From assembly GCA_001599295.1 (NCBI GenBank), contig BCGN01000005.1:868001-932000 (forward strand): DNA of 64,000 nucleotides. Direction: 5' to 3'. The translations under genes were made by a program, and so were the position numbers. This stretch comes from Sporopachydermia quercuum. Lineage: Eukaryota. Numbering within the stretch: position 1 is the first letter of the stretch; each line of letters opens with the position of its first letter. Under the pieces are notes generated by a model. The model ran no database searches and had not been told where the DNA came from. It saw only the letters and a program-made list of their open reading frames with translations. Below, in pieces: positions 34,846 to 47,747 of this stretch.

Positions 34846-36229
34846 TTTTGAAAGGCGTCTGGATATCAGGAAAACCAAATATCATGCAAGTTCACCTGGC
34901 TGACTAGCGAGAATATAATAGGATAATCTTTCAAATATGTGAGCTATAGTAACTGTTGAATTGTTGATAGCTACTGGAGCAATTTTAGTCTTTAGTCTTA
35001 CTGAGGACTAATAGGGAAACTGAAGCACAACCAGCAGGCACATGAACACTATACTTTTTGCACTGGTTCATTGAATATTCGAATCAGCAGTTAAATGAAC
35101 TCGGGTCGATAGTTTAGATAGCTAATTCAAATGTGACTGGGCGAAAGCCGCAAGGAGAGAATAAAGAAATACAAATTGGCTTGCTAGCGTTAAAACAAAG
35201 AATGAGATGTGATTTGTCCATTAACAGGGGCAGAGCAGAGCTGAGAACAGAAGATAGCATCGTCTCATAAGAGGCCGTAGATGAAGACTGGATTGGCGAC
35301 TGTCTAGAAGGTTTACGAATACGCTTAGCTAACTCCTGAGATTTTATACTTGAAACAATTATTTTTCTTGTAGATGAGTATTAATAAGACTTAAAATCAA
35401 CTCTGCTAGTTTTTATTGCAATGAGAGACCAGAAATGCTTCATTTAGCTCAATTGGATAGCACTTGTGGGACCTTATTAGATTATATAATCATTATTGTG
35501 TTCTCTTTGTCGTGCTAATTCACTATCAGTATGTTATATTGATATTATATTGATAATGAGTGAAAAGTTTCATTAAATATTAACTGAAAACCTAAATTCA
35601 ACTGTCTAATCTTCACCAATTGTTATACTTATGGCTTTAGAACATATTAGCCTTCGAAAAACAGTTAAATCTATATTATTAGTATATCCTTTAAACCTCC
35701 CATGTAAGGTACATTGATAGGGATCCGTTCCATCACTTGGGTCCCATATCCCATGCCAATGCTCTGCAGATGTTTTCAATCAATTGAATTATCATTTCTT
35801 GCTGGTACAAATGCCCTATTCATCAAACGATAGCATTTTTCTTCCTGTTTATGACGACTAAAGAGTAATTTATTATTACTCCAAGCCAAGCATCATCCAT
35901 CAGAGCCTTGATATTAGAAGGAAAATTTAAATCACGCTTGGGAGGAAAGATAACTCGTTTGAAAGAATAGTTTNATCTATTCATATTTATCTACCTCTGG
36001 AGCCAGTTCACTTCAGCTCATAACTACTTAATCTATATGTTTCTCTTCATTCATATTCAATTGACCTGCGATACAATGATAATAATAAAAAGAATAAACT
36101 GATCACATCTCCTATCAATTGTGAGAAAGAATTGTGAAATTCTACTAAGGATAATCAAAGGATAAAAGTACNGCTCCCGGAATACGGTATTATACCTTGT
36201 GTTATCTGTGTTCATCCTCATACTCTATC

Positions 36230-38644
36230 ATGAGCGGAAGATCATTCAGTGGTCCCACTAATGGACCAAGCAACTTTTCATCACATAGCAAACAGAAGAA
36301 AAGGAGAAACAAAGGAAAGCGCATAGCAGTAGGCCATAAGAAAAGCAAGTCCTTAAGCACTTTATCACTATCTTCACAATCAGATCATGATGATATAAGG
36401 TCAGCGCTAGGATATAATCTCAATAGCACATCCGAACTTGATAATCCCTCATCAAAAAGAAGGAATAATATTATTGGAAAACTTCCGAATTTTCCTTCAA
36501 TTCTTTATAGCGATAAATTGACTACTACTTCACTTAATAAGACAGACAAAAGACCAACCAAGATTGCATCAGAGGACAGTAAACTTGGTGATACAACATC
36601 CTCCAGCAGAAGCAGTAAAGTAATAGATTACCTTATACATGAATTCAATGGCACACCATATGAAATACTTGCTTCCGATAATCAGAAACAGGAAGAAGTA
36701 GAAATATCATCAATCGAATTGACGAACCTAGTGAAAATTCCCTTTTATCTTGAAAAATTCATGGTTTTCACTATTTTATCTTGTTTCAACAATTTTCTCT
36801 CATACTTCACAATTTTACCATTAAGAATCGTACTGGATTGTGTCCATTTTATTACATGCTTCTACGGAAAGTATCTAGAGCTGAAACCCAATACAACGAT
36901 AGAACCAGGCAGGCATAAACACTTTTATCATCCAAGAGATATTGCTAAAGCTCTACTGATCTTGATCAGCTTTTTACTATTAGCGCATTCTGTTGATACA
37001 TCNCGTATCTATCATTCGATTAGAATGCAAGGAATGATTAAACTTTATGTCATGTTTGGTTTGTTCGAAGTTGCTGACAAGTTATGCTCTGCTGTTGGCN
37101 TTGATATCATAAGCTGTTATACTCAAGAATTTCATTCTTTATGTTATAAACTGACAAATGTTAGTAATAAGTCTCAACCTTATAAATTAATAACAGGGAA
37201 GAATAGCATATACAAACAACTACAGAAAACAATCTTATTTTCTCTAGCAGCAATTCTTTACACGTGGATCCATTCAATTGTACTGACATATGAGTTGATT
37301 ACTCTCAATGTTGCTATTAATTCATACTCTAATGCTCTATTATCATTGCTTATGTCAAATCAATTCAGCGAAATCAAGGCAAGTGTTTTTAAGAAGTTTG
37401 AAAGAGAAGGGCTGTTTCAGATGGCATTATCTGATGTTGCTGAAAGATTCCAGCTTTTTACGTTTCTTACAATCATTGGAATTCAAAACATGGTCCAATC
37501 AAGTGATACGGGCATACTGCCAAACGCTTGGGCATCTTGGAACAAAGTATTGGGAGCATTGATAGGACCATCATCTGTTGTAATCTTATCAGAAATTGTT
37601 GTCGATTGTTTGAAACATGCTTACATTACTAAGTTCAACAGAATTCAACCAGAGGTGTATGATAAATACTTAGATGTCTTTGTTGAAGACTTTCTGGAAC
37701 AAACAACGAAAACCAGTCTCAGAAGCAGTCGTGTAGGTGTGACAATGATTCCATTAGTAGTGATGTTCCTACGACTGGTTACTTTGAGTGTCAAATCATT
37801 ATTCAGTGCATATTTTGTCGATTGGGAATTTAATACTACTGACGACGAAACTCCATTTACATCAACAATTTTAAATGAAGTGAAAGAAACAGCTGCACTG
37901 GAAGTAGACTCACAAATAACAGGATCCAATAAAGCTTTGCAAATAACCAATTTGACACTAGCAAGAACTATCTATACCAAGATTCTATCATTTTTATCTA
38001 TTTCGTCGTCAAAGCTCAATGATATTCCTTATCTAAGAGAGTCAATACAATCAAAGTACTTATCAAAAAGTGTATTGAAGTACAACTCGATTATGATGAT
38101 TGTTGTATTTTCCATTTGTTTTATTGCTTTGCTTGTCATCAAATTGATTCTTGGGCTTGTTTTAATCAAATACAGCCAGAAACGATTCAGTAGGATTCAA
38201 GAACGAAGAGAGGCTTATCATATGTTTGAGAAGAGCTTAGAGGATAAAATAGGCAATACAAATATTAACTATCGGAAAGAAAAACCCACTGATGGTAGAA
38301 TTATGAACAAGGCAGACACAAAGAACAATGGTAGCACTGCAGGTACTGCTACTACTAGGAGGAATAAAGCAAATAGCAATCAGGATGCTTATGAGACAAG
38401 AGCTGCAGATGTATTCCAAGATTCTCCAACATTTATTGTTCCTGGTAAATATAAGGGTCCTAATGGAGTGCACGAAATACCGGAAAGTATGCGGCAAGGC
38501 TTGTATGAACCTGAAGAGAAAGTACCAAGGCCTATGGAGGAAGTACGATTAGAGAGGATACTGAGAAAGCAAAGGAAACAAGAGACCAGTAATGAATTCA
38601 CCAAAGTGAATAGATACGATATGGTAGCTAAAAGGATTTGGTGA
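36230..38644 (+). CDS. EMP65: ER membrane protein Emp65/TAPT1 (DUF747)
   Basis: First ATG 36230. Motifs IPFYLEKFM, FTILPLR, RIYHSIR..IKLYVMF..EVADKLC, ITLNVAINSYSNALLSLLMSNQFSEIKASVFKKFE, D.LKHAYITKFN and C-terminal RYDMVAKRIW. Confidence 0.9.
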   Translation: MSGRSFSGPTNGPSNFSSHSKQKKRRNKGKRIAVGHKKSKSLSTLSLSSQSDHDDIRSALGYNLNSTSELDNPSSKRRNNIIGKLPNFPSILYSDKLTTTSLNKTDKRPTKIASEDSKLGDTTSSSRSSKVIDYLIHEFNGTPYEILASDNQKQEEVEISSIELTNLVKIPFYLEKFMVFTILSCFNNFLSYFTILPLRIVLDCVHFITCFYGKYLELKPNTTIEPGRHKHFYHPRDIAKALLILISFLLLAHSVDTXRIYHSIRMQGMIKLYVMFGLFEVADKLCSAVGXDIISCYTQEFHSLCYKLTNVSNKSQPYKLITGKNSIYKQLQKTILFSLAAILYTWIHSIVLTYELITLNVAINSYSNALLSLLMSNQFSEIKASVFKKFEREGLFQMALSDVAERFQLFTFLTIIGIQNMVQSSDTGILPNAWASWNKVLGALIGPSSVVILSEIVVDCLKHAYITKFNRIQPEVYDKYLDVFVEDFLEQTTKTSLRSSRVGVTMIPLVVMFLRLVTLSVKSLFSAYFVDWEFNTTDDETPFTSTILNEVKETAALEVDSQITGSNKALQITNLTLARTIYTKILSFLSISSSKLNDIPYLRESIQSKYLSKSVLKYNSIMMIVVFSICFIALLVIKLILGLVLIKYSQKRFSRIQERREAYHMFEKSLEDKIGNTNINYRKEKPTDGRIMNKADTKNNGSTAGTATTRRNKANSNQDAYETRAADVFQDSPTFIVPGKYKGPNGVHEIPESMRQGLYEPEEKVPRPMEEVRLERILRKQRKQETSNEFTKVNRYDMVAKRIW

Positions 38645-38855
38645 CAGGAGTGTATGATAGTCATGGGAAATGGGAATAGTGATTAATAATAATAACAGTA
38701 ATAAAACAAATAGTTAATAGTAAGGAATAATCAATAATAAAACTAATAACCTAACTAACACCAACGTAGTGCGGTTTATATTATTATATAGAATTTTTAT
38801 ACATTATTTCTTGATTTATTTACATGACTCAACTTGAAAACTCCATTTCCAACCA

Positions 38856-40439
38856 CTAAACATTCTTCTTCACTTTACTGCTTAATTGCTTAACCAATTG
38901 ACGCACAGCAGCCCTTGGCCTCACTACAGTACTAGCTAATGCTAATACACCAGTTAGTAAAGCCAAGGCACCAGCTTGATGAGATGCTGCCAATGGAGTG
39001 GGAACAATATAAATTAAAGTACTAATTCCCAAAGCTACCTGAACAGAAACTAAACCCATAACAGCTAAAGCAGCTTTTCTAGCAGCAGCAGGCAAAACAC
39101 CAGCTTTCTTAGTAGCAATCATAACTCCATGATGCGCTAAAATAGTNAAAAAGGTACCAGTAGCAAGACATCTATGAATAAACTGTACAGTGGTAGGATT
39201 CTCACAGATGTTTCGCCATATCAAATCTGATTGATCTTTGGTTCTACAATAAACTGTAGAAAACAATTCTTTAGTTGCAGGAACAATATTTTCTCCCATG
39301 TAAGGGAACGAGTTATAGATAAGACCAGCATCTAAACCAGCAACCATGGCACCAGACATTGCAGTTAAGAAGACAATAGGCAATAAAGCAATGGAAAATC
39401 GCTTGAAACCTTTCAATTTAACACTATCAAGCAGGCTGAATGTTCTGATTGCTTGCTCTGGATTGGCAGTCCATTTATGCTCACGAAGAATTTCTAGCCC
39501 AGCCCACAGCATTGAAAGATAAACAACGAAAGCAGCACTCAGATGAGCAGTTAAGCGGTACTGACTTACTCTTGGATGAGAGTTTGGTTCAGTTAGGAAA
39601 TCTTGAGATAATCCCGATTTAACCATCCACCAACCAATAAATCCTTGAAATCCGATCAAACCGGTAATACCGATAAGACGTTTAGCAACTCTGGGAGTGA
39701 CCTTTTTTCTTGCCATGAAATACAACATTGGGAAAACAAATAGTATACCAATGGCTCTTCCCCATAATCGATGACCCCATTCCATATAGAAGATGAACTT
39801 GAAGTCTTCTAATGTGATATGAGAATTAAGTAANTTGAACTCTGGCGATTCCTTATACTTTTCGAACTCTGCAATCCAATCTTCTTCATTTAATGGTGGT
39901 ATACTTCCAGTGACAGGTTTCCATTCTGTGATACTGAGACCTGATTCTGTTAAACGTGTTAATCCACCTAAGATAACAATACCAAATACAAGAGTAGCTG
40001 ATCCCAATAACCAATAGGCAACAGATTTCGATGATAGAATTTTTGATCTGTCGTAGCCATTGCTTCCATTTGATTGAACAGTGGCCTTCACAGCATTTTC
40101 TCCAATAGATTTCAATTCGGTGAGAGTCCATTTTGATTGCCAGAATTTGTTGCTAGTCGATGACGAAAAGTACCTTTTTTTCTGCTGAGAAAAGACATTG
40201 CTTCTAGGCACTACTTGAGAAGCTACCGAGGATTTAATTACTCCTGAATTTAAAGAAGGGTTTAATAATGACCATAGTCCAGTACGAGGTCCTGAAGTGT
40301 TTAGTTTTCTGGAAATGTCCAAAGATCTGCGAGCAGATCTGCTAGCTGCTAATCTGAGGTTTGAGCATATTGGAGCAGACGTTGCAAGAACAACTGAATT
40401 TTTGAAAAAGAAAAACTGTCCTTGAGGTAGACCAGCCAT
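38856..40439 (-). CDS. COX15: Heme A synthase
   Basis: First ATG 40439 with an R/S-rich presequence. Motifs GGLTRLTESGLSITEWKP, EWGHRLWGR, GWWMVKSGL, PRVSQYRLTAH, VAGLDAG, QFIHR and HQAG. Confidence 0.95.
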   Translation of the reverse strand: MAGLPQGQFFFFKNSVVLATSAPICSNLRLAASRSARRSLDISRKLNTSGPRTGLWSLLNPSLNSGVIKSSVASQVVPRSNVFSQQKKRYFSSSTSNKFWQSKWTLTELKSIGENAVKATVQSNGSNGYDRSKILSSKSVAYWLLGSATLVFGIVILGGLTRLTESGLSITEWKPVTGSIPPLNEEDWIAEFEKYKESPEFXLLNSHITLEDFKFIFYMEWGHRLWGRAIGILFVFPMLYFMARKKVTPRVAKRLIGITGLIGFQGFIGWWMVKSGLSQDFLTEPNSHPRVSQYRLTAHLSAAFVVYLSMLWAGLEILREHKWTANPEQAIRTFSLLDSVKLKGFKRFSIALLPIVFLTAMSGAMVAGLDAGLIYNSFPYMGENIVPATKELFSTVYCRTKDQSDLIWRNICENPTTVQFIHRCLATGTFXTILAHHGVMIATKKAGVLPAAARKAALAVMGLVSVQVALGISTLIYIVPTPLAASHQAGALALLTGVLALASTVVRPRAAVRQLVKQLSSKVKKNV

Positions 40440-41347
40440 TATGTAAGTGAAAAACAAAAAGTCCTTTTGNAGCTCTTCAATAACAATCCAAATTCTTATC
40501 ACTCAANGGTTGAGTGAATCTATTGATCTGATACCTAGAATCGGTACTTGTAATTGTTGCGGTACACAATGGGAGTCTGAATGGTAGATAAGGTAATGGG
40601 GATCAATTACCTTAACACAGAGACAAAACAGTAGCAAATCCTGAATAGGAACTCAATTATGAGTATATGCTTCTATATTCTATGTTGATTCCGTTAAAGC
40701 AAGAGAGAAATAGCCAAGTCACTCAGCGTTTTTTATTGATGTTCGAAGTAGAAAATTAGTAATAAGGAAAAGGACGATTATCATAGGTTTGAAAATTTCA
40801 GTAGGGTCTGAAGAATCAGCAGATTCATTGGGTCTAAGTGAGTTTCAGGGTCTCAACGTGTCTAATGAAAATTTGAAGTTTATTTAATGATTACGTGATA
40901 CATAAAATAGAATGAAGAGGAATCCGATAAGAGATGAGATAGTATAATGATTAGATGATCTGTAATTAATACGAAGCTCTGCTTTGACTGAGAGAGAATG
41001 ATCGATGGACGTTGGGAATAAACAATTGGAAATGCTTGAATTAGAATAGTAAAAAGCTTTCTACTATATTTAATACTTGGAGTTGTTCTTGTGATAATAA
41101 TATGATCCTCCTTTACTCACTACAGGTCTGTCTCTAACATCTCGTTAACCCCTGCTACAGTCGATATCACGATTACGTAATACACATTTCGTATTTCTCT
41201 CAACATGAAAATGGCAAATTGTTCATCTCTTTCAACTGTACTCAATTATGATACCGAAAAGAGTGCACGATCAAGGACAACTGAAGGAAAACTGTCACAA
41301 CAAAAAATTTGCTACTCCGAAAGAGAACGTTTTAGGTGAACATATAA

Positions 41348-42985
41348 ATGGATGCTCATAGCAAGAAGAGACGAAAAATGAGCGATGATCTTCTCGTAAA
41401 CTTTCAGCAGTTGTCTGATGCACTTCCTGAGCTGATAGAACAAGAATTACTCAACGAAGATACGAAACAAGCTGAGAAAACTATCGAAAATCATCTTATT
41501 GATCTGAATATTGCTGTTGGGGCTCTTGGCCAAAGAGTAGAAAATGAGTTGGGTAAACACAACGACGGAGATCACGAGCTCATAAAGAAAGGTCGACTTG
41601 AGTTATGGTCATCACTTCAAGAGTTAATGCCCTTATTGGTACAGTGTCTCTCTAACGACAGCTTCAATGATTCTGCTTGTGGATCTACAGTAATAAGGGT
41701 TNTTAGCTCTTATTTAGAATTTTTATCTAACGAACAAGTTGTGACAATGATGCAATCTGAGTGGTTAACAGATGGATTAGAGTCTGGTAACTCAAACATA
41801 CAGGAACTGATTATCAATTTCCTGAAATCAGTGCAACCGATTGATGTTTTAGCCAGCAATAAAGATCTCTTAATGACAATTTTGAGCCTCTATTTTAAAG
41901 AGCGCTCTGGACTTTTTACTAAAATTGAATCCTTTTGGAAAGTTGCATTTAGAAGCTCACCTATACGGCGGCAATTGTTCTATGGAGATTATTTACAATT
42001 CATTGATTCTTTGGAACCATTATATCTTTCAGGATCTGAAGATTCTAAGCATCTGATAACACGATTTATATGCCTTGCTGAAGCAGCCCTAGTTAATTGT
42101 CCTTCTGTAGATGATGTTCCTGCTAAACTATGGGCCTTTGATCAAGATGTGGTACTATCAGGGTTTTGTAATGACGATTTGTTAACAGGAGTTTACATTA
42201 GATTTCTTGCTCACTTAGTCAGGACTCATGATAATTCTCATGGATTTCTACTTGCAGATTTATACTTAAAACGAATGTCTCAATTTGATGCTACTGCTAA
42301 ACTGTTTGCCGATTCTAAACAAGAGCTAAAGCAATTTGCAGAGATACCAGAGAATTTGGCACATGTCAAAAACCCTTACGGTATGAGTTATGATGAGCTC
42401 TTTGAAGTTCTATCTCACAGCAATAACTCTGAGACTCAAAACATATTCAATGAACTAAATAATAACTATGACCTGTGTGAAACACTGGGGTCCACACCAA
42501 TAGATTCATACAGTAGGATTATCTACACTTCAGTCAACCCAAAATATGTCGTGGAAAGAAACAAGGAGAATATTCGTCAGGTTCGAATAACGCCTCCGAA
42601 TTTGCCAATGATTGATAATTTGCTAAATTCTGATGAAGCTTTTGACTTATTGCCCTTTGATGCTCTTCGGTTAGATCGATTATCTATTCCTGAGCTATTT
42701 CGTGTTCTGCTAGTACTTACCCGACATAGGACATCTTTAAAGTATGTACTGGGAAAAACGGAAACGATGAACTTGCTTTTAACTGGAGATAATGGCAAAG
42801 TAGATGTATATGAAAGAAGCGTTAATGAGATTAGAACTGATATCATCAATGGATTAATTGAGAATTATGATAAGACCGTTTTGGGTATTTGGTACGATAA
42901 GATAAAAATAGAATATATTAAATTGAGAAATGGTCAATTGAGTGCTGATCCAAGTGTACTTGTTGCAACGGAGTATAACATTTAA
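41348..42985 (+). CDS. HSM3: Proteasome regulatory-particle assembly chaperone Hsm3-like
   Basis: 545 aa helical protein. The C-terminus TMNLLL...IRTDIINGLI...LGIWYDKIKIEYIKLRNG resembles the Hsm3 C-terminal region (VMGSLI...LSVWYEPLLREYSKAVNG, recalled from S. cerevisiae). Confidence 0.62.
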   Translation: MDAHSKKRRKMSDDLLVNFQQLSDALPELIEQELLNEDTKQAEKTIENHLIDLNIAVGALGQRVENELGKHNDGDHELIKKGRLELWSSLQELMPLLVQCLSNDSFNDSACGSTVIRVXSSYLEFLSNEQVVTMMQSEWLTDGLESGNSNIQELIINFLKSVQPIDVLASNKDLLMTILSLYFKERSGLFTKIESFWKVAFRSSPIRRQLFYGDYLQFIDSLEPLYLSGSEDSKHLITRFICLAEAALVNCPSVDDVPAKLWAFDQDVVLSGFCNDDLLTGVYIRFLAHLVRTHDNSHGFLLADLYLKRMSQFDATAKLFADSKQELKQFAEIPENLAHVKNPYGMSYDELFEVLSHSNNSETQNIFNELNNNYDLCETLGSTPIDSYSRIIYTSVNPKYVVERNKENIRQVRITPPNLPMIDNLLNSDEAFDLLPFDALRLDRLSIPELFRVLLVLTRHRTSLKYVLGKTETMNLLLTGDNGKVDVYERSVNEIRTDIINGLIENYDKTVLGIWYDKIKIEYIKLRNGQLSADPSVLVATEYNI

Positions 42986-43505
42986 AGGTGATAAAACGGA
43001 AAGGATATGCTACAACAGATTCGTCACGTGATAATGTTATCTCCAGGAAAGCTTGGATTACATCCTCGATAAAAGTGCACTAGGATGGGTATAATGGTTA
43101 TTATGAATTATGTATGTTTAAGGAGTGATTCAGTATTATTCGCTCGTAATGATTCCTAAAGAGTATANTCCTGCAATCGTTTATATATCTACGTCAAATT
43201 ATTGGATCAGGGGTTGAGGGTAAGGAGTGTAAGGAGAACGAATCACGTAGAAGGATGCAATCAAGGTACTATCTATGGATATTAAATAATTATAGCAAAT
43301 CCTACTCTTAACTTATAACTCATGATCTACGCTTCCTTCTTGTTTTTTTATATTTTATTTTTTTCTTTTCTCATTCCCGGTTCGTTTAACATATATTCAT
43401 TTATTCCTTCTTCCTTGAATGCAATACGCTCTATTACGAAATAATACTATACATCCATGGATTCATGCCTACTTAACAAACGAATGATCGAAACTAACAG
43501 ATGAT

Positions 43506-46500
43506 CTAACTATTCTCAACCTGCTCAACTTCTTTCATTACATCTTCACGTAAATAAATAGAATTTTCAGCAACAATGTCTCTTTGAATCAATCCACTTG
43601 CCTGTTCCATCTTCTCTTTCAAGACGTCATTTCCCATAATAATAACTGCTTCGATCATCTGGTTGATCATTTCTTCCAATCTTCGGAACATTCGAATCAG
43701 ACTTCCTTCATAAACATCAGTCATTGTACATATTTGAGTGAAACTGGCTCCTTTACACCATGCATACACTACTTCCATCAACTCTGAACGGAAAGAATCA
43801 ACATATTCCTTCTCAGTAATGTCTAGCTTACAATCACGGTACACCTTGGCTAACTTAACAGCTTCTTGTTGCATAGCTTTCAAAGGCTCAGCTAATTCAG
43901 GTCGAAGTTTAGGAACTTCATTTGATTTCTCTTCAAATACAAAACAGCTTAATAAAGCTGCACATTGGGCTGGGGTCAACGAGTTGAAGTTACCATTGAA
44001 TAAAAGCTCCGATAACAAAAGTTCATCACCTGTAGAAATCTCACATGCAACTCTACCTTTTAACTCAATAACATCAGCTTGAGATGTGAATCCCAACCGT
44101 CTAAGTACTCGTTTTCTTTTCTTGAAGTCATCCTCTTGAATAATTGCTTCTGCTTCTGCTATCTTGTCCTTTACTCTCTTTAGTTCTTCTTGCAAAGCAA
44201 TCTTTTCACCATAAGATTCAACGAGCTTCGGTAAATCTGGCGAATTTGCTAAAGGATTGGCTAGCAGTTTTGCTTCTAAGATTTCGATTTTCCTTAAAAG
44301 CTTCTTGAACTCTTCATCATGGATCTTCATATTCTCCACTGGGTCTAATAAAGGAACCCCATCAGGGAACCTTCGTTTCACTTCAGCAATTACTTTCACG
44401 ACTGCTGTTTTCTGCGCTGCACTTCTAATCTCCTTTGGAACTCGTACTCTGACATTGGAAATAGCTTCTATACTATTCAGAGTGATTGGTATTACTTCAG
44501 CTTTTGCCTTATCAGCTTTAACTGGGACAATACCTTCGGGTAAAACTGGGTTTCTAGGTCGGATTTTTTGAACTGGGGAGTCTTTATCAACTTCTGTCAA
44601 TACCTCTACTACCCAAGACTCATGATCTGAATATTCCCGTTGAGGTCCTTTCTTTGGCGCATTTCGTTTATTATGAGCAACAACAATACCCCATCCGAAT
44701 TTCAAGTTCCCTACTGCGATTTTAACTAATCTTCCGGGTTGTAAATACGTTAAACTGTGAGATGGATGTGTGATCACGTGTTGGAGTTCCGAGCCATACT
44801 CATCCAATTGCTTCCGAAGTCGGAAGTATTCTCCGACTGCTGCTTCTTCGGGTAACACCAATGTCTCTAATTGTTCTGTGAGAGAATCCCGTTTCTTTTC
44901 CAAATCAGGAACTGCGGCCGCAGTTTGGTATTGGAAAAAAGACCGAGCTAACAACTCTTCTGGTGGGGTTCCTCCGACTCGGAGCAAAGACAAAATCATG
45001 TTGTATCCAAGATGGAAAGCAGAGTCCAATCTGTCAGCTTGACCTTTCACCATTCCTTTAGCAACATCAGGTTCCATTTTCTCATCGATCATCATAATAA
45101 CAATACCTCTATCATCTTTACCTCTTCTACCTGCTCTACCAGCCATTTGAACGTACTCACCACCAGAAACCCATCGAAATATTTTACCATCCCACTTCCG
45201 CACATTGGTGAAAACTACTGTTTTAGCCGGCATATTTAGACCAATAGAAAAAGTTTCTGTTGCAAATAGAACTTTCAAGAGTTCGTTTTGAAATAAAATC
45301 TCCACAATTTCCTTTAAGATTGGCAATAAACCAGAATGATGAATGCCGATACCTCTACGTAAGAAAGGAAGTAATGCTTTAATTTGCGGCAATGATTTAT
45401 CTGCTTCAGGCAAAACTTCAATACAAGCGTTGAAAATAGCGGAGATTTTCTCCTTTTCAGGTTCTGTAGCAAAATCCATCTTTGAGATTTGTTTAGCTAA
45501 TGTTTCACATTCTCTTTTACTAAAGGAGAAAACAATCACAGGGTTATATTTCTTTAGCCAAATCATCTTCACGATCTTATAAATATCTGAAGAGTTTGAG
45601 CCTTTATTTCCACCTTTAAACGTTTTACCATTCTTACCCCGAGATTCCGTAGAATTGGGATCATCACCGGCTGCATCAGCAATAGCTGTCATCGCTCTTT
45701 GAAAGTTTTCTTCTCTGAAGGTGCCTTTTTCATCAACCACTAAATGAATACCAGAATCACCAGCAGGGAATAAATAATGTTGTAAAGGAGTTGGTCTGTA
45801 TGATGTATAAATAACGTGGCATGGCTGTAGATGAATTCTACAAATCCACCTAGCAAATTCAGCAGCATTTGGTATAGTTGCAGAAAGGAATACAAATCGA
45901 ACATTATCTGGTAACAAGATGATGGTTTCTTCCCACACAACACCACGTTCTTTATCTCTCATATAGTGAACTTCATCAAAAATAACCCATCCAACTTCTC
46001 TAATAAGTTGGTCACCTTTNTAGAGCATTGATCTAAGAATTTCCGTTGTCATAACTATACATCCTGCGTCAGGATTCTGGGTTACATCACCAGTCATGAG
46101 ACCCACATCGCCAAAGGTTTCTTTCAGATCTCTGAATTTCTGATTAGATAAAGCTTTGATTGGTGATGTATAAACTACTCTTTGTTTAGCTCGCAGACTT
46201 TGAGCTATAGCATACTCTGCTACCACTGTTTTGCCAGCAGAAGTGTGGGCAGAAACCAGTACTGATTCATTTCTGTCAATGCAAGCAATGGATTTTTCTT
46301 GGAAAGGATCCAATTGGAAAGGGTAAGTTCTTGCTGGCATTTTCACTTTATGCGATTCGATTGGTATGTAATTGTAGCCTGGAGGATACGCAACTTCGTG
46401 CTTAACTGGATGTCTTAATGTGATAGCACCGGCGGACGATTGTTCATTTGAATCGGATACGGTTGAATCCTCCCTACTATTACTAACGGATTCCGGAGCT

Positions 46501-46844
46501 GACGTTCCGTCAAGAGTAGATGCTAAAGGAATGCTTCTTTCAACTTCCAGTTCAAAAGAGTCTCCCATAACAGGACTTAGATCCTGCTTCGTGGTAGCTG
46601 ATACTAATGCATCTTTCCGTTCAGATTTTGGTACAGTTTCCTGATCTTGTTTACTTCTTTTGACTACTTTCTCCGTATCGCTTTCATCACTTGAGCTCCT
46701 CACTTCCGAAGTACGTTTTGAAGACTTTTCCTTTTGTTCTTTTGAAGGCTTTTCTTCATTTGGTTGTTTTTCACTGTTTGGTAAGTTATCAGGAANAGCA
46801 GGAGGTGCAGACACGTGTTCANCAAACACCGAGAACAAATCCAT
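43506..46844 (-). CDS. MTR4: Ski2-like ATP-dependent RNA helicase Mtr4/Dob1
   Basis: 1112 aa. Motifs [62 protein letters not shown], the arch/KOW region and C-terminal [14 protein letters not shown]. Confidence 0.96.
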   Translation of the reverse strand: MDLFSVFXEHVSAPPAXPDNLPNSEKQPNEEKPSKEQKEKSSKRTSEVRSSSDESDTEKVVKRSKQDQETVPKSERKDALVSATTKQDLSPVMGDSFELEVERSIPLASTLDGTSAPESVSNSREDSTVSDSNEQSSAGAITLRHPVKHEVAYPPGYNYIPIESHKVKMPARTYPFQLDPFQEKSIACIDRNESVLVSAHTSAGKTVVAEYAIAQSLRAKQRVVYTSPIKALSNQKFRDLKETFGDVGLMTGDVTQNPDAGCIVMTTEILRSMLXKGDQLIREVGWVIFDEVHYMRDKERGVVWEETIILLPDNVRFVFLSATIPNAAEFARWICRIHLQPCHVIYTSYRPTPLQHYLFPAGDSGIHLVVDEKGTFREENFQRAMTAIADAAGDDPNSTESRGKNGKTFKGGNKGSNSSDIYKIVKMIWLKKYNPVIVFSFSKRECETLAKQISKMDFATEPEKEKISAIFNACIEVLPEADKSLPQIKALLPFLRRGIGIHHSGLLPILKEIVEILFQNELLKVLFATETFSIGLNMPAKTVVFTNVRKWDGKIFRWVSGGEYVQMAGRAGRRGKDDRGIVIMMIDEKMEPDVAKGMVKGQADRLDSAFHLGYNMILSLLRVGGTPPEELLARSFFQYQTAAAVPDLEKKRDSLTEQLETLVLPEEAAVGEYFRLRKQLDEYGSELQHVITHPSHSLTYLQPGRLVKIAVGNLKFGWGIVVAHNKRNAPKKGPQREYSDHESWVVEVLTEVDKDSPVQKIRPRNPVLPEGIVPVKADKAKAEVIPITLNSIEAISNVRVRVPKEIRSAAQKTAVVKVIAEVKRRFPDGVPLLDPVENMKIHDEEFKKLLRKIEILEAKLLANPLANSPDLPKLVESYGEKIALQEELKRVKDKIAEAEAIIQEDDFKKRKRVLRRLGFTSQADVIELKGRVACEISTGDELLLSELLFNGNFNSLTPAQCAALLSCFVFEEKSNEVPKLRPELAEPLKAMQQEAVKLAKVYRDCKLDITEKEYVDSFRSELMEVVYAWCKGASFTQICTMTDVYEGSLIRMFRRLEEMINQMIEAVIIMGNDVLKEKMEQASGLIQRDIVAENSIYLREDVMKEVEQVENS

Positions 46845-47747
46845 TTTACGTTATGTTTATGCAGTGTTTGATTCGTTTCGATGCAATTTTCCTCATGAAT
46901 CCATAGATAGAATACGTATAGAGTAAACACGGCCAATAGAACGCAAAAACAACGGCCATAACAATAATTGCTGTTGTTAAATACAATGTCACATAATATG
47001 AGAAATATAACTCTGCCATACAAACGAAAAAATTTGTCAGAATGAACTTCGCAACTCACCATCTATTAAATGATTACGTGATTTTATTTGGCAAGATTTG
47101 GATACNGGTAAAGGGGTAAAGGGGTATAGGAGAGATAATGACAATGAGAGTTAAATGTGAAGAAAAAGTTGATTTCATAATTGTCNGGCCGGAAATAATT
47201 GATTAAAAGAAGAGAAAGAGCAAATTCTTAGAAAAGAATTACTTTATTATTACCATAAACATTGTCATCCTGAATCAAATGCCTGATTCTTCTCCTTTAT
47301 TACACTTTCTGTTCGCGTAATCATTAATAATCGTTCCTCCATCTATTGAGGGGGTAACACGCAAGACCACTTCACAGTTCATTCATTGTTAGAAAAGCTT
47401 GGTACGGGAACTGAACAACAATTCAGAAGGATGGATGAAACTTCTATTAGGTCTAGTCTAATCCATATATTGAAGAATTGTTTGATATCTTCAGTGCCTG
47501 TTCTCTGCTTTTAATGATCATTCCATTGCATCGATTNTCTGAATGTGCATTTGGGCTCCTTTGTTGATTCTCTTTGTATAGCCTTAGTGTACCACTTAAG
47601 TACCCATCAATTTGCAAGGCAATTGGCAGATGGACAGTATATGAATGGTGTTTGAATATACGTTTATCGTTTATATATATTTTGCAGCAATCTTGAGGTA
47701 AATGTGCATTGTTTCTTCTATATTTATATGATATAACAAACGCACAT

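Noticed and set aside
35136..35156. GGGCGAAAGCCGCAAGG, GNRA-like hairpins reminiscent of rRNA
   Set aside because: Only ~17 nt with no extended rRNA similarity; most likely chance in the RTR1 promoter.
35445..35460. TAGCTCAATTGGATAG, resembling a tRNA D-arm/A-box
   Set aside because: There is no downstream anticodon arm, T-arm (GTTCGA) or acceptor-stem pairing, so it is not a tRNA gene.
41210..41220. ATGGCAAA as an Rpn4/PACE site upstream of HSM3
   Set aside because: It does not match the GGTGGCAAA core.
43023..43140. GTCACGTG (CDEI/Cbf1 site) as a possible point centromere
   Set aside because: It is not followed by a very AT-rich CDEII or a CDEIII CCG motif. CACGTG also occurs at ~272, ~9104 and inside MTR4.
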